A stretch of DNA of 50,047 bases from Octopus bimaculoides (taxonomy: Eukaryota): assembly GCF_001194135.2 (NCBI RefSeq), contig NC_068985.1:113910472-113960518 (forward strand), given 5' to 3'. Numbering within the stretch: the first letter of the stretch is position 1; every line of letters starts with the position of its first letter. Below are positions 10,985 to 22,520 of the stretch, piece after piece. A program made the position numbers and the translations under genes. The notes under the pieces were generated by a model. The model made no database searches. It was given only the letters and a program-made list of their open reading frames with translations, and was not told the DNA's origin.

Positions 10985-11384
10985 TTTCCTCTTCAGTCAA
11001 GCCCTAATCGATTTTTTCAAGTTATACTTGAAAAGGAAAGTAAAGGTAGAGAGGTAAGTATTGCTCCCCGTGCATTTCTGTTGAAAGGTGGGTGAATGTG
11101 TTGAAGACAGCCCATGTCAATGGGCCTACTCTGAACATTCACTTGTACACTGGAGCAATTCTGATGGAGAATCATTTGCTGAAGTGCACTTGGTTTGTTG
11201 GGGTAACCAGAATGTGTGGGGTTCCTTGGTTGTTCCAGCGATGAACTCCCCCTTTTGGGGCTATTTTATTGTTTAATTTTATTCTTAATTGTCTTTTAAA
11301 TGACATTGTACTAAACCCCACTTATCCCTGTGTTGTATTGTCCCTATGTGTTTTTGTGTTCAGCCATTGTGGCCAATAAAGAAA
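10985..11384 (+). mobile_element. 5'-truncated L1/Tx1-clade LINE: ORF2 C-terminus plus 3' UTR
   Basis: Frameshifted translation QALIDFFKLYLKRKVKVER*VLLPVHF/VERWVNVLKTAHVNGPTLNIHL resembles Tx1-type ORF2 ends (recalled, not searched). Ends in GGCCAATAAAGAAA. Confidence 0.7.
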
Positions 11385-11494
11385 CCATTGTTATTATAAA
11401 GTTAAAGAAGTGATTTTAAATTCTCAATCGCAGAATAATGCTAATAATATAGCCTGAACAGGATAAACTATCCCTAATTTGCAGAGAAAAGTGT

Positions 11495-11573
11495 TGGTGG
11501 CTAGCTGTGGACTCGAACTCACATCCCCGTGATTGCGCGTCACGATGCTTTGACCGATTAAGCTAAACTTACC
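11495..11573 (-). pseudogene. tRNA-like pseudogene or SINE head ending in CCA
   Basis: D arm GCTT/AAGC, anticodon arm CGTGA-CGCGCAA-TCACG, T loop GTTCGAGTCC and a mismatched acceptor stem. Confidence 0.6.
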
Positions 11574-11612
11574 CACTACAAATTCCTCTAAGATATCATT
11601 ATTATTATTATT

Positions 11613-11995
11613 AAGGTGACAAGCTGGCAGAATTGTTAGCACACCAGACAAAGTGTTAGTTGAGTGCCAGGGTTGATGTAATCAACTAATCCTCTACCCA
11701 CAAATTTCAGGCCTTGTATCCATGCTGGAAAGGATTATTATTATTATAATTATTATTATTACAATTAGTATTATTAAGGTGGCAAGCTAGGAGAATCATT
11801 AAGCATGCTATACAAAATGCTCAGCAGCATTTCTTCCAATTCTTTACATTCTGAGTTCAAATTTCATCAGATCAACTTTGCTTTCCAGCATTTTTTTTGG
11901 GGGGGGGTGATATAAGTACTAATTGAACAATGGGGTTAATGTAATTAACTTGCCTCTACATTGAAATTGCTGGCCTTGTGCTAAAATTCGAAACC
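11613..11995 (+). mobile_element. Two tandem SINE family B copies separated by (ATT)n
   Basis: Heads near 11613 and 11777, with matching tails. Confidence 0.8.
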
Positions 11996-12134
11996 ATTAT
12001 TATTATTATTATTGCTGTTGTTGTTTTACTTCTCAGAGTTTGCTATGGTTGATTCTGTGAGAGGAGGCAGCAGCCTCTTGTCAGAGGTCTCACAGGGTCT
12101 CTTTCCACACATTATAAGCTTTGGTACCAATCTC

Positions 12135-12295
12135 AAAATCCTAGCTGTCCCCAACACTTAGCAGTTTGGCAAAAGATACTGATAGAATAAGTACTAGTGC
12201 TTATATATTAAGTACTGGGGCCGATTTGTTTGGCAAAATCCTTCAAGGTTGTGCCCCAGCATGGCCACAGTCCAATGGCAGAAACACATAAAAGA
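12135..12295 (+). mobile_element. SINE family A 3' half
   Basis: GGCAAAAGATACTGATAGAATAAGTACT...CCAGCATGGCCACAGTC. Confidence 0.75.
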
Positions 12296-12504
12296 CACTT
12301 ACTGATTATCTTCTACTAATATACAAATCACTCGTTCATCTCTGGGATATCTATTATTCCCTATTTCTAATCCTTTTGCTACTGTCCTCGTGACACCCTA
12401 AATTGCAACTTTACTCTGAATGGGTGAGTTCCCTTACATGTAGAATCCACTCATTCTACTGCTTACCTTGTTTCAAACCCCTGGCCAATTGCAGATAGCA
12501 GAAT

Positions 12505-12710
12505 AAGTATTGATTTCAAATTTTAGCACAAGGCCAGCAGTTTCAGAGAAGTGGCTAATTTGATTAAATCAACTCCAGTACTTAACTGGTACTAATTTTA
12601 TTGACTCTGAAAGGATGAAAAGTAAAGTCAACCTTGGTAGAATTTGAACTCAGAATGTTAGGACGGACGAAATGCCTGGCATGCTAATGATTCTGCCAAC
12701 TTGCCACCTT
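12505..12710 (-). mobile_element. SINE family B
   Basis: Reverse complement of the family B head, core and tail. Confidence 0.85.
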
Positions 12711-13007
12711 ATAGAAGAACAAATATTGAAAACCAAAACCTACAATTAGGTGGGTTCCTCCCTTACATCCTACATGCAGCCAAAAGCCCACAGACCCACC
12801 AAATTATCAAGCTGTGCTGCAACGATAAAGGAAAATGCTGGGAGGGAGTCAGTCATTTGTAACATTTGGTAGTTATTTAGTTACAACTGCAATACTAAAA
12901 AGATGACCAAATCTTGCCAAGAAGATCTCCACCATCCTTCAGTCAAGATAAGCCTCTATAAGTAGCACTATCACTGATAAAATTTCAAGATTTTCTAATT
13001 TTACTTT

Positions 13008-13430
13008 CATCATCATCATCATCATCGTTTAACGTCCGCTTTCCATGCTAGCATGGGTTGGACGGTTTGACTGAGGACTGGTGAAACCGGATGGCAACAC
13101 CAGGCTCCAGTCTGATTTGGCAGAGTTTCTACAGCTGGATGCCCTTCCTAACGCCAACCACTCAGAGAGTGTAGTGGGTGCTTTTACGTGTCACCCGCAC
13201 GAAAACGGCCACGCTCGAAATGGTGTCTTTTATGTGCCACCCGCACAAGCCAGTCCAGGGGCACTGGCAACGATCTCGCTCGAAAATCCTACGGGAGCCA
13301 GTCAGGCGGTACTGGCAATGGCCACGCTCAAAATGGTGCATCTCATGTGCCACCCGCACAAGAACCAGTCCAGGGGCACTGGCAACGATCTTACTTGGCT
13401 TGCCGGGTCTTCTCACACACAGCACATTTC
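13008..13430 (-). mobile_element. Young SINE family C with RTE-like (GAT)n tail and internal duplication
   Basis: Tail palindrome CCATGCTAGCATGG plus (GAT)n; CpGs retained. Confidence 0.85.
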
Positions 13431-13631
13431 TTACGCACACGCAATAAATCTCCTTCCAAGCTCTCTTTTTTTTCCACACAGTTTTCCTCACCACAGTATA
13501 TATATATATATATACACAATCACCAAATGCAAGCTTCCTTTAGTTACAACATACACTACCTGACACAGGCTCATCTGTCACATCTGTGTCATTCTCTCAT
13601 TATTCCAATGTCTTACAACCAAATCTAGCAT

Positions 13632-14867
13632 TTAATCATTTTGTTACCAGATAGATTCCTGTTGAAATGTACTACCTATGTTTCAATTAAATTTGAAAAT
13701 GATAAAGAATTTGGAGGAATAACCTTGTCATTATCAAACTAGAGTTTGAAACATAACATGAAATTTTGATGAAAGATTTTGAACTTAGATCGCTTTAACC
13801 TCTGTTATCGTATTGATGTTGAAATATACTGCCTTTGTTTAAATTAATTTTGGAAACAATGAAAAATTGTGTAAAATAACTGTCAATATTAAGTTGATGC
13901 TTAGAGCATAGCATTGAATTTTGATGAAAGATTTTAATTTAGATCACTTTAATTCTTTTGTTACCATATTTTATTTTGAACTATACTACTTTGTTTCAAT
14001 TAATTCTGAAATTAATGAAGAATTTAGTGAAATATCTTCATTTATTAAGCTGATATTTGTAATGTAAATTAACATGGAATTTTGAAAGAAGGTTTTAATT
14101 TAGATCACATTAACCCTTTTGTTACTACATTTCTGTCAAAATAGATTGCTTTTGCTTCAGTTATTTTGAAAATAATGTAGAATGAAGGGAAATAACTTTG
14201 TCAATATTAATCTGTTGCTTGGAACATATATTATCATGGAATTTTGATGGAATGTTTTTATTTAGACAACTTTAGACATCGAATTTGTAACATAGACGCA
14301 AGGACATTCCCAAGCAGGTAGGTATGGAAAGAGTTAACTCTTTTATTACCATGTTTATGCTTTGTTTCAGTTAATTTAAAAAAAACAGAGTAGGATTTAG
14401 TAAAATAACATTACCATTATTAAGCTGATAATTGGAACATAAATTAACATGAAGTTTTGATGGAAGATTTATTATTCAGATCACTTTAACCTTTTTTATT
14501 ACCATATTTATGTCGAAATATACTGCCTTTGTTTAAATTAATTTTAAAAATAACGAAATATTGAGTAAAATAACTGTCAATATTAAGCTGATGTTTAGAG
14601 CATAACATTAAACTTTGATGGAAGATTTTAATTTAGATCACTATAACTCTTTTGTTACCATATTTATTTTGAAATATACTGTCTTTGTTTGAATTAATTT
14701 TCAAACATAATGCAAAGTTTAGTATAATAACTGTCATTATTAAGCTGATGTTTAGAACATAACATGAAATTTTGAAGGAAAATTGTAATTTAAATCCCTT
14801 TAAAATGGGGAAGTTTGTCTCGTAGAACTGAGAGCACTCTCAGGTGGGTTGGTATCAAAATGGTTAA
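13632..14867 (+). repeat. Tandem array of seven ~155-163 bp units derived from a piggyBac-type MITE
   Basis: Unit starts (TTAAYYYTTTGTTACC-like) near 13632, 13795, 13949, 14110, 14334, 14486 and 14642. Right termini (GGTATCAAAA..GTTAA-like) at about 14337 and 14867. Confidence 0.85.
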
Positions 14868-15121
14868 ACACTATAACCAGTCACTGTTCCTCGTAACTGT
14901 CAGATGTTAAAAATTGAACATGAACCTCATAAACCCCAACAGCATCACCTCCACTGCATCGATTCTAATACTACCTCTTTAACTAACAACATTAAAATTG
15001 TTATTACTGTCACTCTTAGATTGACATCTGTTACCACTATTACAACAGCCTATACAATCACACTGTTATAATACCACCAGCAACATCATGATGACAGTGT
15101 GCGGCTGCCACCAATGCCATC

Positions 15122-15188
15122 ACCACCACTACTATTACATTACCACCACTACTATTACATTACCACCACTACTATTACATTACCACCA
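15122..15188. repeat. 20-bp minisatellite ACCACCACTACTATTACATT, three copies
   Basis: Exact tandem copies. Confidence 0.9.
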
Positions 15189-15278
15189 TAGTGGCACTGC
15201 TACTAACTGAGGTTGACTTTACCTTCCACTTGCCATGCATAAATAAAACAAGTATCAATCCAGTATTTAGTCCTACGT

Positions 15279-15510
15279 TCTTTATTCTTTTACTTGTTTC
15301 AGTCACAGGACTGTGGTCATGCTTAAGAACCACCTTGAAGGATTTTAGTTGAATAGATTCTCTCCAGCCTCTGCCACTACCAGTACTTATTCCTAAGTCT
15401 GATACATATTCTATCAGCCATTTTGGCCAAACTGCTACATTATAGGGACGGAAATAACCCAGCACTAGTTGTCAAGTGGTAAGGCTGGCCACGACAAATA
15501 CAAAGACACA
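15279..15510 (-). mobile_element. SINE family A 3' half
   Basis: CTTTTACTTGTTTCAGTCA tail and body similarity. Confidence 0.75.
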
Positions 15511-15949
15511 GATATATATATATATATATATATTCGGTTAAAATGTCTTACGTTTAAGCTGGTTCCCATGCATTTCCCTGAGGAGAAGATTACATTCTTA
15601 ACAACATCACCTATTCCTATGGAAGGTATAATGTGTAATCTTCGAAACATATGTTGGAAATAAAAGTATGCAGTTAACATAGGCGTTTTACTCCATTCAC
15701 TAAATTTANNNNNNNNNNNNNNNNNNNNNNNNNNNNNNNNNNNNNNNNNNNNNNNNNNNNNNNNNNNNNNNNNNNNNNNNNNNNNNNNNNNNNNNNNNNN
15801 NNNNNNNNNNNNNNNNNNNNNNNNNNNNNNNNNNNNNNNNNNNNNNNNNNNNNNNNNNNNNNNNNNNNNNNNNNNNNNNNNNNNNNNNNNNNNNNNNNNN
15901 NNNNNNNNNNNNNNNNNNNNNNNNNNNNNNNNNNNNNATATATACACAC

Positions 15950-16344
15950 TGTTTGTTTCAGTCATTTGACTGTGGCTATGATAGAGTACCACCTTTAGTC
16001 AAACAAATCAACTCCAGGACTTATTCTTTGTAAGCCCAGTACTTATTTTATCGGTCTCTTTTGCCGAACTGCTATGATACAGGGACGTAAACATGCCAAC
16101 ATCGATTGTCAAATGATGGTGGGGGGACAAACATAGACACACAAAAATACACACAAACACACACACATATATATATATACACGACAGACTTCTTTCAGTT
16201 TCCATCTACCAGATCCACTCACAAGGCTTTGGTAAGCCCAAGACTATAGTAGAAGACACTTACCCAAGGTGCCACACAATGGGACTGAACCCGGAACCAT
16301 GTGGTTGGTAAGCAAGTTACTTATCACACAGCCACTTCTGCACC
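15950..16344 (-). mobile_element. SINE family A, near full length
   Basis: Collinear with other family A copies. Confidence 0.9.
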
Positions 16345-17029
16345 TATGTATATTTATGTCGACACATACATACACAATGGGATTCCACAATGTTTCTGTC
16401 TATCAAATTCACTCACAAGACATTAGCAAGTGAGCTTCTTTACCACACAACCATGCCTGCACTTATATACATATATTTACACACACACAAACACGAGAGG
16501 CTTCTGTACAGTTTTCGCCAACAAAATTCACTGACAAGGCATTTGTTGGCTCAGGGTTATAAGTAAAAAACACTTCCTCAAGGAAGCTTCTTAACTACAT
16601 ACCATACTTGAACTATATACACCCACTACAATAACTGGACATTACCACCACATACAGCATCAAAGATCATTGCCATCATACATACAAATAAGAATTTTGT
16701 GGGTAATTCTGGCTGAAACTTTCCACTAGGCATTTTCACTTAACACCAGAAGTTTGCTTTCAAACTGAACGAAAGCTATACCTATACAACAATAAGAATA
16801 CATATATACACACACTATGATCTTCAGAGCTATCAATAGTGAGTGTATACAGAGTTTCTTTTAAGGAATCACGCAAAAAAATCACAACAGTACAGAAGTA
16901 CTTTTCAAATCTTGCAGTATGGAAATGAATATGTACACATACAAGCACATTTTGAAAGAATATATCCAAAGAGATGAGATTCTACAAAGATATTGTAATG
17001 GATATAACTAGAACATGACTCTGTATATA

Positions 17030-17665
17030 TTATTCATTAATATATATATATATATANNNNNNNNNNAACAAATTTATAGAAGTATGAATATGCATACATG
17101 TATAGGCATTCATACACAATTATGCATGTATGAATAAACATTCGCAGAATGCATGTATTTGTGTGTTTGTGTGATGTATAAATGTCCATGTGTATACACA
17201 TGCACATGAAATGTATATGCATATGTATGCATGCAAGTTTGTATGTAAATCTAAGAAGTAGCACAGATATATATTTTTATAAAGAATTATAATTGAAAGC
17301 AGTATCTTGTATGCAACTATTGATGCACAGCTATAGCTACGTATACACACGCACACAGATGTATATATATATAATACACATAAACAAATGCATGAATATA
17401 CACCACATATGCATACATGTGCATATATATATATGTATATGAATATTCTTAACTATATGCATATGCAAATGTTTGCTTATTATATAGATAAATATACTCA
17501 ACATAAATTCGCTACTACATAGAAATGTTTATACATCAGCCCATAAATATACACATGAATATATATCAACTATAAACAAGCTACATATATACATACACAC
17601 TGATAGATGTGTGTGATGTACATATGTGCATACAGAAAAATCACAGATTCACAAATGTATGTGTG

Positions 17666-17696
<31 letters not shown>

Positions 17697-17997
17697 CATG
17701 TGCACAATTATACATCAAACTTTCATCTTTATCAAAAGTTGAAATACTCACAAGGATGTTGATACACAGAAGCACATTTTAAAGGGTATATACATATATA
17801 CACACAAATAAACACACATTTCCAACAAATATTTATAAGAATCTTCAATTACTGAAAAAATATTGTTAGATTATGCAATAGATATAAGTATACACAAATA
17901 TAGATATATATATACATACACACAAAGACATTTTTATATGTGTATATGTATATATATATGAGCATGCATGTACATACATCTCTATATGAATATACAT
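17030..17997. repeat. Degenerate (TA/CA/TG)n low-complexity field
   Basis: Read directly from the sequence. Confidence 0.85.
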
Positions 17998-18210
17998 ATA
18001 CATCATCATCATTGTTTAATGTCTGTTTTCCATGCTGGCATGGGTTGCACAGTTTGACTGAGGTCTGGAGAGCCAACAGCTGCACCAGGCTCCAATCTGA
18101 TCTGGTAATGTTTCTACAGCTGGGTGCCCTTCCTAACGCCGACCACTCCAAGAGTGTAGTGGGTGCTTTTTATGTGCCACCAGCACAAGAGGCAGTCAGG
18201 CGGGTTACTT
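17998..18210 (-). mobile_element. SINE family C
   Basis: Matches 13008-13200. Confidence 0.85.
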
Positions 18211-18496
18211 CACCAGCAATTGCTTGAGCTCAAATTATAGGCCAAATAAGGCATGCACAACACCTCATAAGCCCTCTCCACCCCATTGACATGATACAGA
18301 CACAACACACAGCAAGATGTCCAGTGCCAATATAAGCTGCAGGCTCAGGAATATGGGAGTGTCAAAATCTCAAGTGCAAGCAAAAAATAGGTATGGGTTT
18401 GATAAGTGCTAATGCATGAAATACTCAGCCCTTGAGTCAGTTTGTTACTTTTGTCAAATTAAAAAAAAAGAAAAGAAATATCTGTGTGTGTATGTG

Positions 18497-18880
18497 TGTG
18501 TATGGTAAGAAGTTTCCTTCCCAACTACATGAGTCCACGTTCAGTCTCACTGCATGGCACCTTGGGCAAATGTTGTCTACTACAGCCCTGGGTTAAACAA
18601 AACCTTGTGAATAGATCTGGTAGATGGAAACTGAAAGAAGCCCATCATGTATATATATTTACACATGTGTGTGTGTGTGTGATTGTGCATGTGTTTATCC
18701 CCCATCACCACTTGGCAACTGGTGTTCGTGTATATACACCCCTATAACCTAGTGGTTTGGCAAAAGAGACTGATAAAATAAATACCAGGCTTAAAAAATA
18801 TATGTTGGGGTTGATGTATTTGATCAAAATTCTTCAAAGCAGTACTCGAACATGGATGTACCCTAACAAGATAAAAGATG
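18497..18880 (+). mobile_element. SINE family A (plus strand), diverged
   Basis: GGCACCTTGGGCAA...GGAAACTGAAAGAAGCCC...GGCAAAAGAGACTGATAAAATAA. Confidence 0.85.
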
Positions 18881-18924
18881 TCTATATACATACATATATA
18901 TCATCATTATCATTTAACATCTAT

Positions 18925-19059
18925 AGGAAGGGCATCCAGCTGTAGAAACTCTGCCAAATCAGATTGGAGCCTGGTGTAGCCATCTGGTTCGCCAGTCCTC
19001 AGCCAAATCGTCCAACCCATGCTAGCATGGAAGGCAAACATTTAATGATGATGATGATG
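18925..19059 (+). mobile_element. Young SINE family C 3' fragment nested in an older opposite-strand C-like copy
   Basis: GGAAGGGCATCCAGCTGTAG...CCATGCTAGCATGG...(GAT)n. Confidence 0.85.
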
Positions 19060-19139
19060 TTCCATGCTGGCACAGATGGGACGGCTTGGTTTAATAGGAT
19101 CCAATGAGCCCACAAGCTGCATCATGCTCCAGTGTCTAC

Positions 19140-19475
19140 AAAGCATTCACTAGCGAGAGCATGCCGCCCTACAACAAATATATAGAAAGATGAAGCCAAC
19201 ATCTATGCATCTACATCATATATGAACAGAATTAGCTGGTCACTGTTCTCATGCAGACAGAGAGTGATCAATTCATTCCTCCTCTTGTGAAGGCTGACAG
19301 GAACAGAGTCTTCTCCAGAAATCTCAATTTCCTAGATGTCATTTCACATGGTTCATGAATTTCCCTCAAGGAACTTGGAGTTGCAATAAATGATCAAGAG
19401 GTGTGGAAGTCGATCAGACTTTGAGTCCTGACAGATTGGGATTGGTTGTTCAACCATGCTGACGTATGATGACGA
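19140..19475 (+). mobile_element. Decayed RTE-clade LINE 3' fragment
   Basis: Frameshifted LAGHCSHADRE/VINSFLLL/LNFLDVISHGS*ISLKELGVAINDQEVWKSI fits the RTE ORF2 C-terminal pattern (AGH...D.I..D....DREVW). GAT-like tail. Confidence 0.7.
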
Positions 19476-19772
19476 TGTCAGTTTTGGCATGGTTTCTTCA
19501 GTTGCATGCCCTTCCTAACAGCAACCACTTTACAGTGTGTACCAGGTGCTTTTATAGTGCCACAGGCACTAGCAAGTTTAGCCATGCAGCTCACAAGTCT
19601 ACAGAACCTGAGGTAGTGGGGGGCCATCTTTATGCTTGGTGGTAGTTAAGGTATGAAAGATAAGGTTGAAGGGTGGAGCAGATTCTTATTGTAGAGGACT
19701 TACAGGGCTACCTGAGCAGAAGTTGAGTAGAAGTGAATGGGAATAGAGAAGCTAGGAGCATGTGTGGGGAAG

Positions 19773-19820
<48 letters not shown>

Positions 19821-19852
19821 GACAATTACAATGAATACAAAAATTAGAACAT

Positions 19853-20322
19853 CTTTTTACTCTTTTACTTGTTTCAGTCATTTGACTGTGGCCATGCTGG
19901 AGCACCACCTTTAGTCGAGCAAATCGACCCCAGGACTTATTCTTTGAAAGCCTAGTACTTATTCTATCGGTCTCTTTTGCCGAACCGCTAAATTACGAGG
20001 ACGTAAACCCACCAGCATCATTTGTCAAGCAATGCTAGGAGGACAAACACAGACACACACACATATATATATATATATATANNNNNNNNNNNNNNNNNNN
20101 NNNNNNNNNNNNNNNNNNNAAACACAGACACACACACACACACATATATATATACATTTACACGACGGGCTTCTTTCAGTTTCCGTCTACCAAATCCACT
20201 CACAAGGCTTTGGTTGACCCGAGGTTATAGTAGAAGACACTTGCCTAAGGTGCCACACAGTAGGACTGAACCCAGAACCATGTGGTTGGTAAGCAAGCTA
20301 CTTACCACACAGCCACTCCTGC
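19853..20322 (-). mobile_element. SINE family A, young full length (small internal gap)
   Basis: Near identical to 30356-30773 and 48127-48545. Confidence 0.92.
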
Positions 20323-20779
20323 ATTTTTTTTTTTTTTTTACAGTCGATTAATCTCCTTATTAATGATTGTAATTGTCTTGGATTTATGCTGCTGAAAATA
20401 TTCATTATCCAGCAAAGCGAGCCCAGAACTTACCCATCAGATGGATTATAGTGGGATTGCTCACCTTAAATAACCTAGGCGTTCCTTACAACTTGATGCT
20501 GTTAGCCAGAACCCAGATTATAACTGAGTGCTTGTATGGTACCTGCTTGGATAATTTATTCCTATCTACTCATTATATTTATAAATGTATAAGCTCTTAG
20601 TTTAGGAAGTTGCAAGGCAATCACACTAGGACTGCTGCCATGAAAAATGCATTTAGAAAACTCTGTAGAGTGGCTGACACTTGAAAAAGCAGCTCACTGC
20701 AGAAACTATGTCAAAACAGACATTGGAACATCATAGTCTTCCAGCTTGTCCAATACAGTCAAATTGTTCAACCTGTCAG

Positions 20780-20784
20780 CATAG

Positions 20785-20846
<62 letters not shown>

Positions 20847-21350
20847 ATGGCTGTCTGAGAGAGCAAGAGTGGTTGTGTGTGAGAGTGAGAGAGACAGTGA
20901 GTAGCTGTGAGAGTGAGAGAGACTGAGTGGCTGTGTGAGAGAGTGGTTGTGTAAGAGAGTGGTTGTGTGAGAGAGGGAGAGAGACTGAGTGGCAGTGTGA
21001 GAGTAAGAGAAAGAGTGTGTGTGAATAAGAGAGAAAGAGAGAGAGGGAGAGAGAGAGAGAGATACACACAGACAGTGAATGGCTGTATGGGAATAGCTAA
21101 AAGAGAGAAGTTGTATAAAAGATAGTCTGCATGAGAGAGAGAGAGAGAGAGTGGCTTTTGTGGGAGAGTATCTTCGTGGAATAGAAGGATGCATGATTGT
21201 GAAAGAGAAAGTCTAAGTGTGTGTGTGTGTGAGTGAGTTACAAGAAAGATAAAGTCAGACACACCAATAGATTGACAGACAGAAAGACAAAGGAAGCAAG
21301 AGTGAGAGAGAGAAAGAAGACAAATGCAGTATGGAGAGAGAGAGAGAGAG
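20780..21350. repeat. (GA)n and degenerate GAGT/GTGT purine-rich field
   Basis: Read directly from the sequence. Confidence 0.9.
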
Positions 21351-21984
21351 GAAGTGTAATATGTAATATTGTCACAGAAATTGTCCCCTTTCATCCCGAG
21401 TTCTATGCACACATTTGAAACTTGATACATCCCCCCTATACAACACCCTTAAATCAATCTACCCTCCATCCTATACCTTTCATCCAATTTAGATCTCTTC
21501 TGTACTAACCCCGACACCCCACCCCTCAATGCTATTTACCCGCCACCGTCAACACCACAGCCGCCACCACCACTGAAACACCCTGAATTCAATCGATACC
21601 CTACACTCCACCGTCACCACCACGAACAACACTCTCTACCAAAAACACACCATGGGAAAGAAGGGTGGGTGCAGTGGAGGAGAGGAGGAGAGGAAAGATG
21701 GGAGGTGGNNNNNNNNNNNNNNNNNNNNNNNNNNNNNNNNNNNNNNNNNNNNNNNNNNNNNNNNNNNNNNNNNNNNNNNNNNNNNNNNNNNNNNNNNNNN
21801 NNNNNNNNNNNNNNNNNNNNNNNNNNNNNNNNNNNNNNNNNNNNNNNNNNNNNNNNNNNNNNNNNNNNNNNNNNNNNNNNNNNNNNNNNNNNNNNNNNNN
21901 NNNNNNNNNNNNNNNNNNNNNNNNNNNNNNNNNNNNNNNNNNNNNNNNNNNCCCCCCCAAATATATGCACCCCATAGTTCTAGC

Positions 21985-22520
21985 CTTCCTGCAAGAGACT
22001 GATTATCATCCTCATCATCACCACACCACCATCATTATCCTCAAGATCATCACCACCACCACCACCACCATTATTATCGCCATGTTCATTATCAACACCA
22101 CCACCACCACCACCACCATGATCATTCCCACCATCACCACCATCGTCAACACCACATCATTATCATCGTTGCTGTCCCCACCACCACCACCACCAACAAC
22201 AACCACAACAAGACAACAATTACTACTATCACCATCACATTAGCCATCTACCATTACTGTCACCATGACGCCACCACTGGCACTACTACCACAGCCACCA
22301 CTGGCACTGCCACATTCGCTCACGTCTCCAGCACTACCATCGACCTGCCTCAACAGACATTATTACAGATGGTATTGTAATATCATAACAGAAGTTTACC
22401 ATTAAGATAGACAATCAACTCGCAACCACTGCAAGCAACCACCACCACCACCAACACAACCAACACTACCACCGCCACTGCCGACACCACTGCAACCCAT
22501 CACTATCATCATCAACATCA
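21985..22520. repeat. Degenerate (CAC/CAT/CAA)n field
   Basis: Read directly from the sequence. Confidence 0.9.

Noticed and set aside
10997-11053. 57-nt apparent exon (TTCAG|...GAG|GTAAGT)
   Set aside because: It lies inside the L1-Tx1 fragment, whose ORF2 remnant uses another frame.
12418-12456. Hairpin GAATGGGTGAGTTC/GAATCCACTCATTC as a pre-miRNA
   Set aside because: The stem is only about 14 bp and pairing does not extend outward, so it is too short for Drosha/Dicer geometry.
13081-13628. Overlapping GC-rich ORFs of 89-160 aa
   Set aside because: They lie within a young SINE with internal duplications and have no recognisable protein.
13632-14867. Regularly spaced repeats as a CRISPR-like array
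   Set aside because: Eukaryotic context; the whole units are homologous (no unique spacers) and match a MITE.
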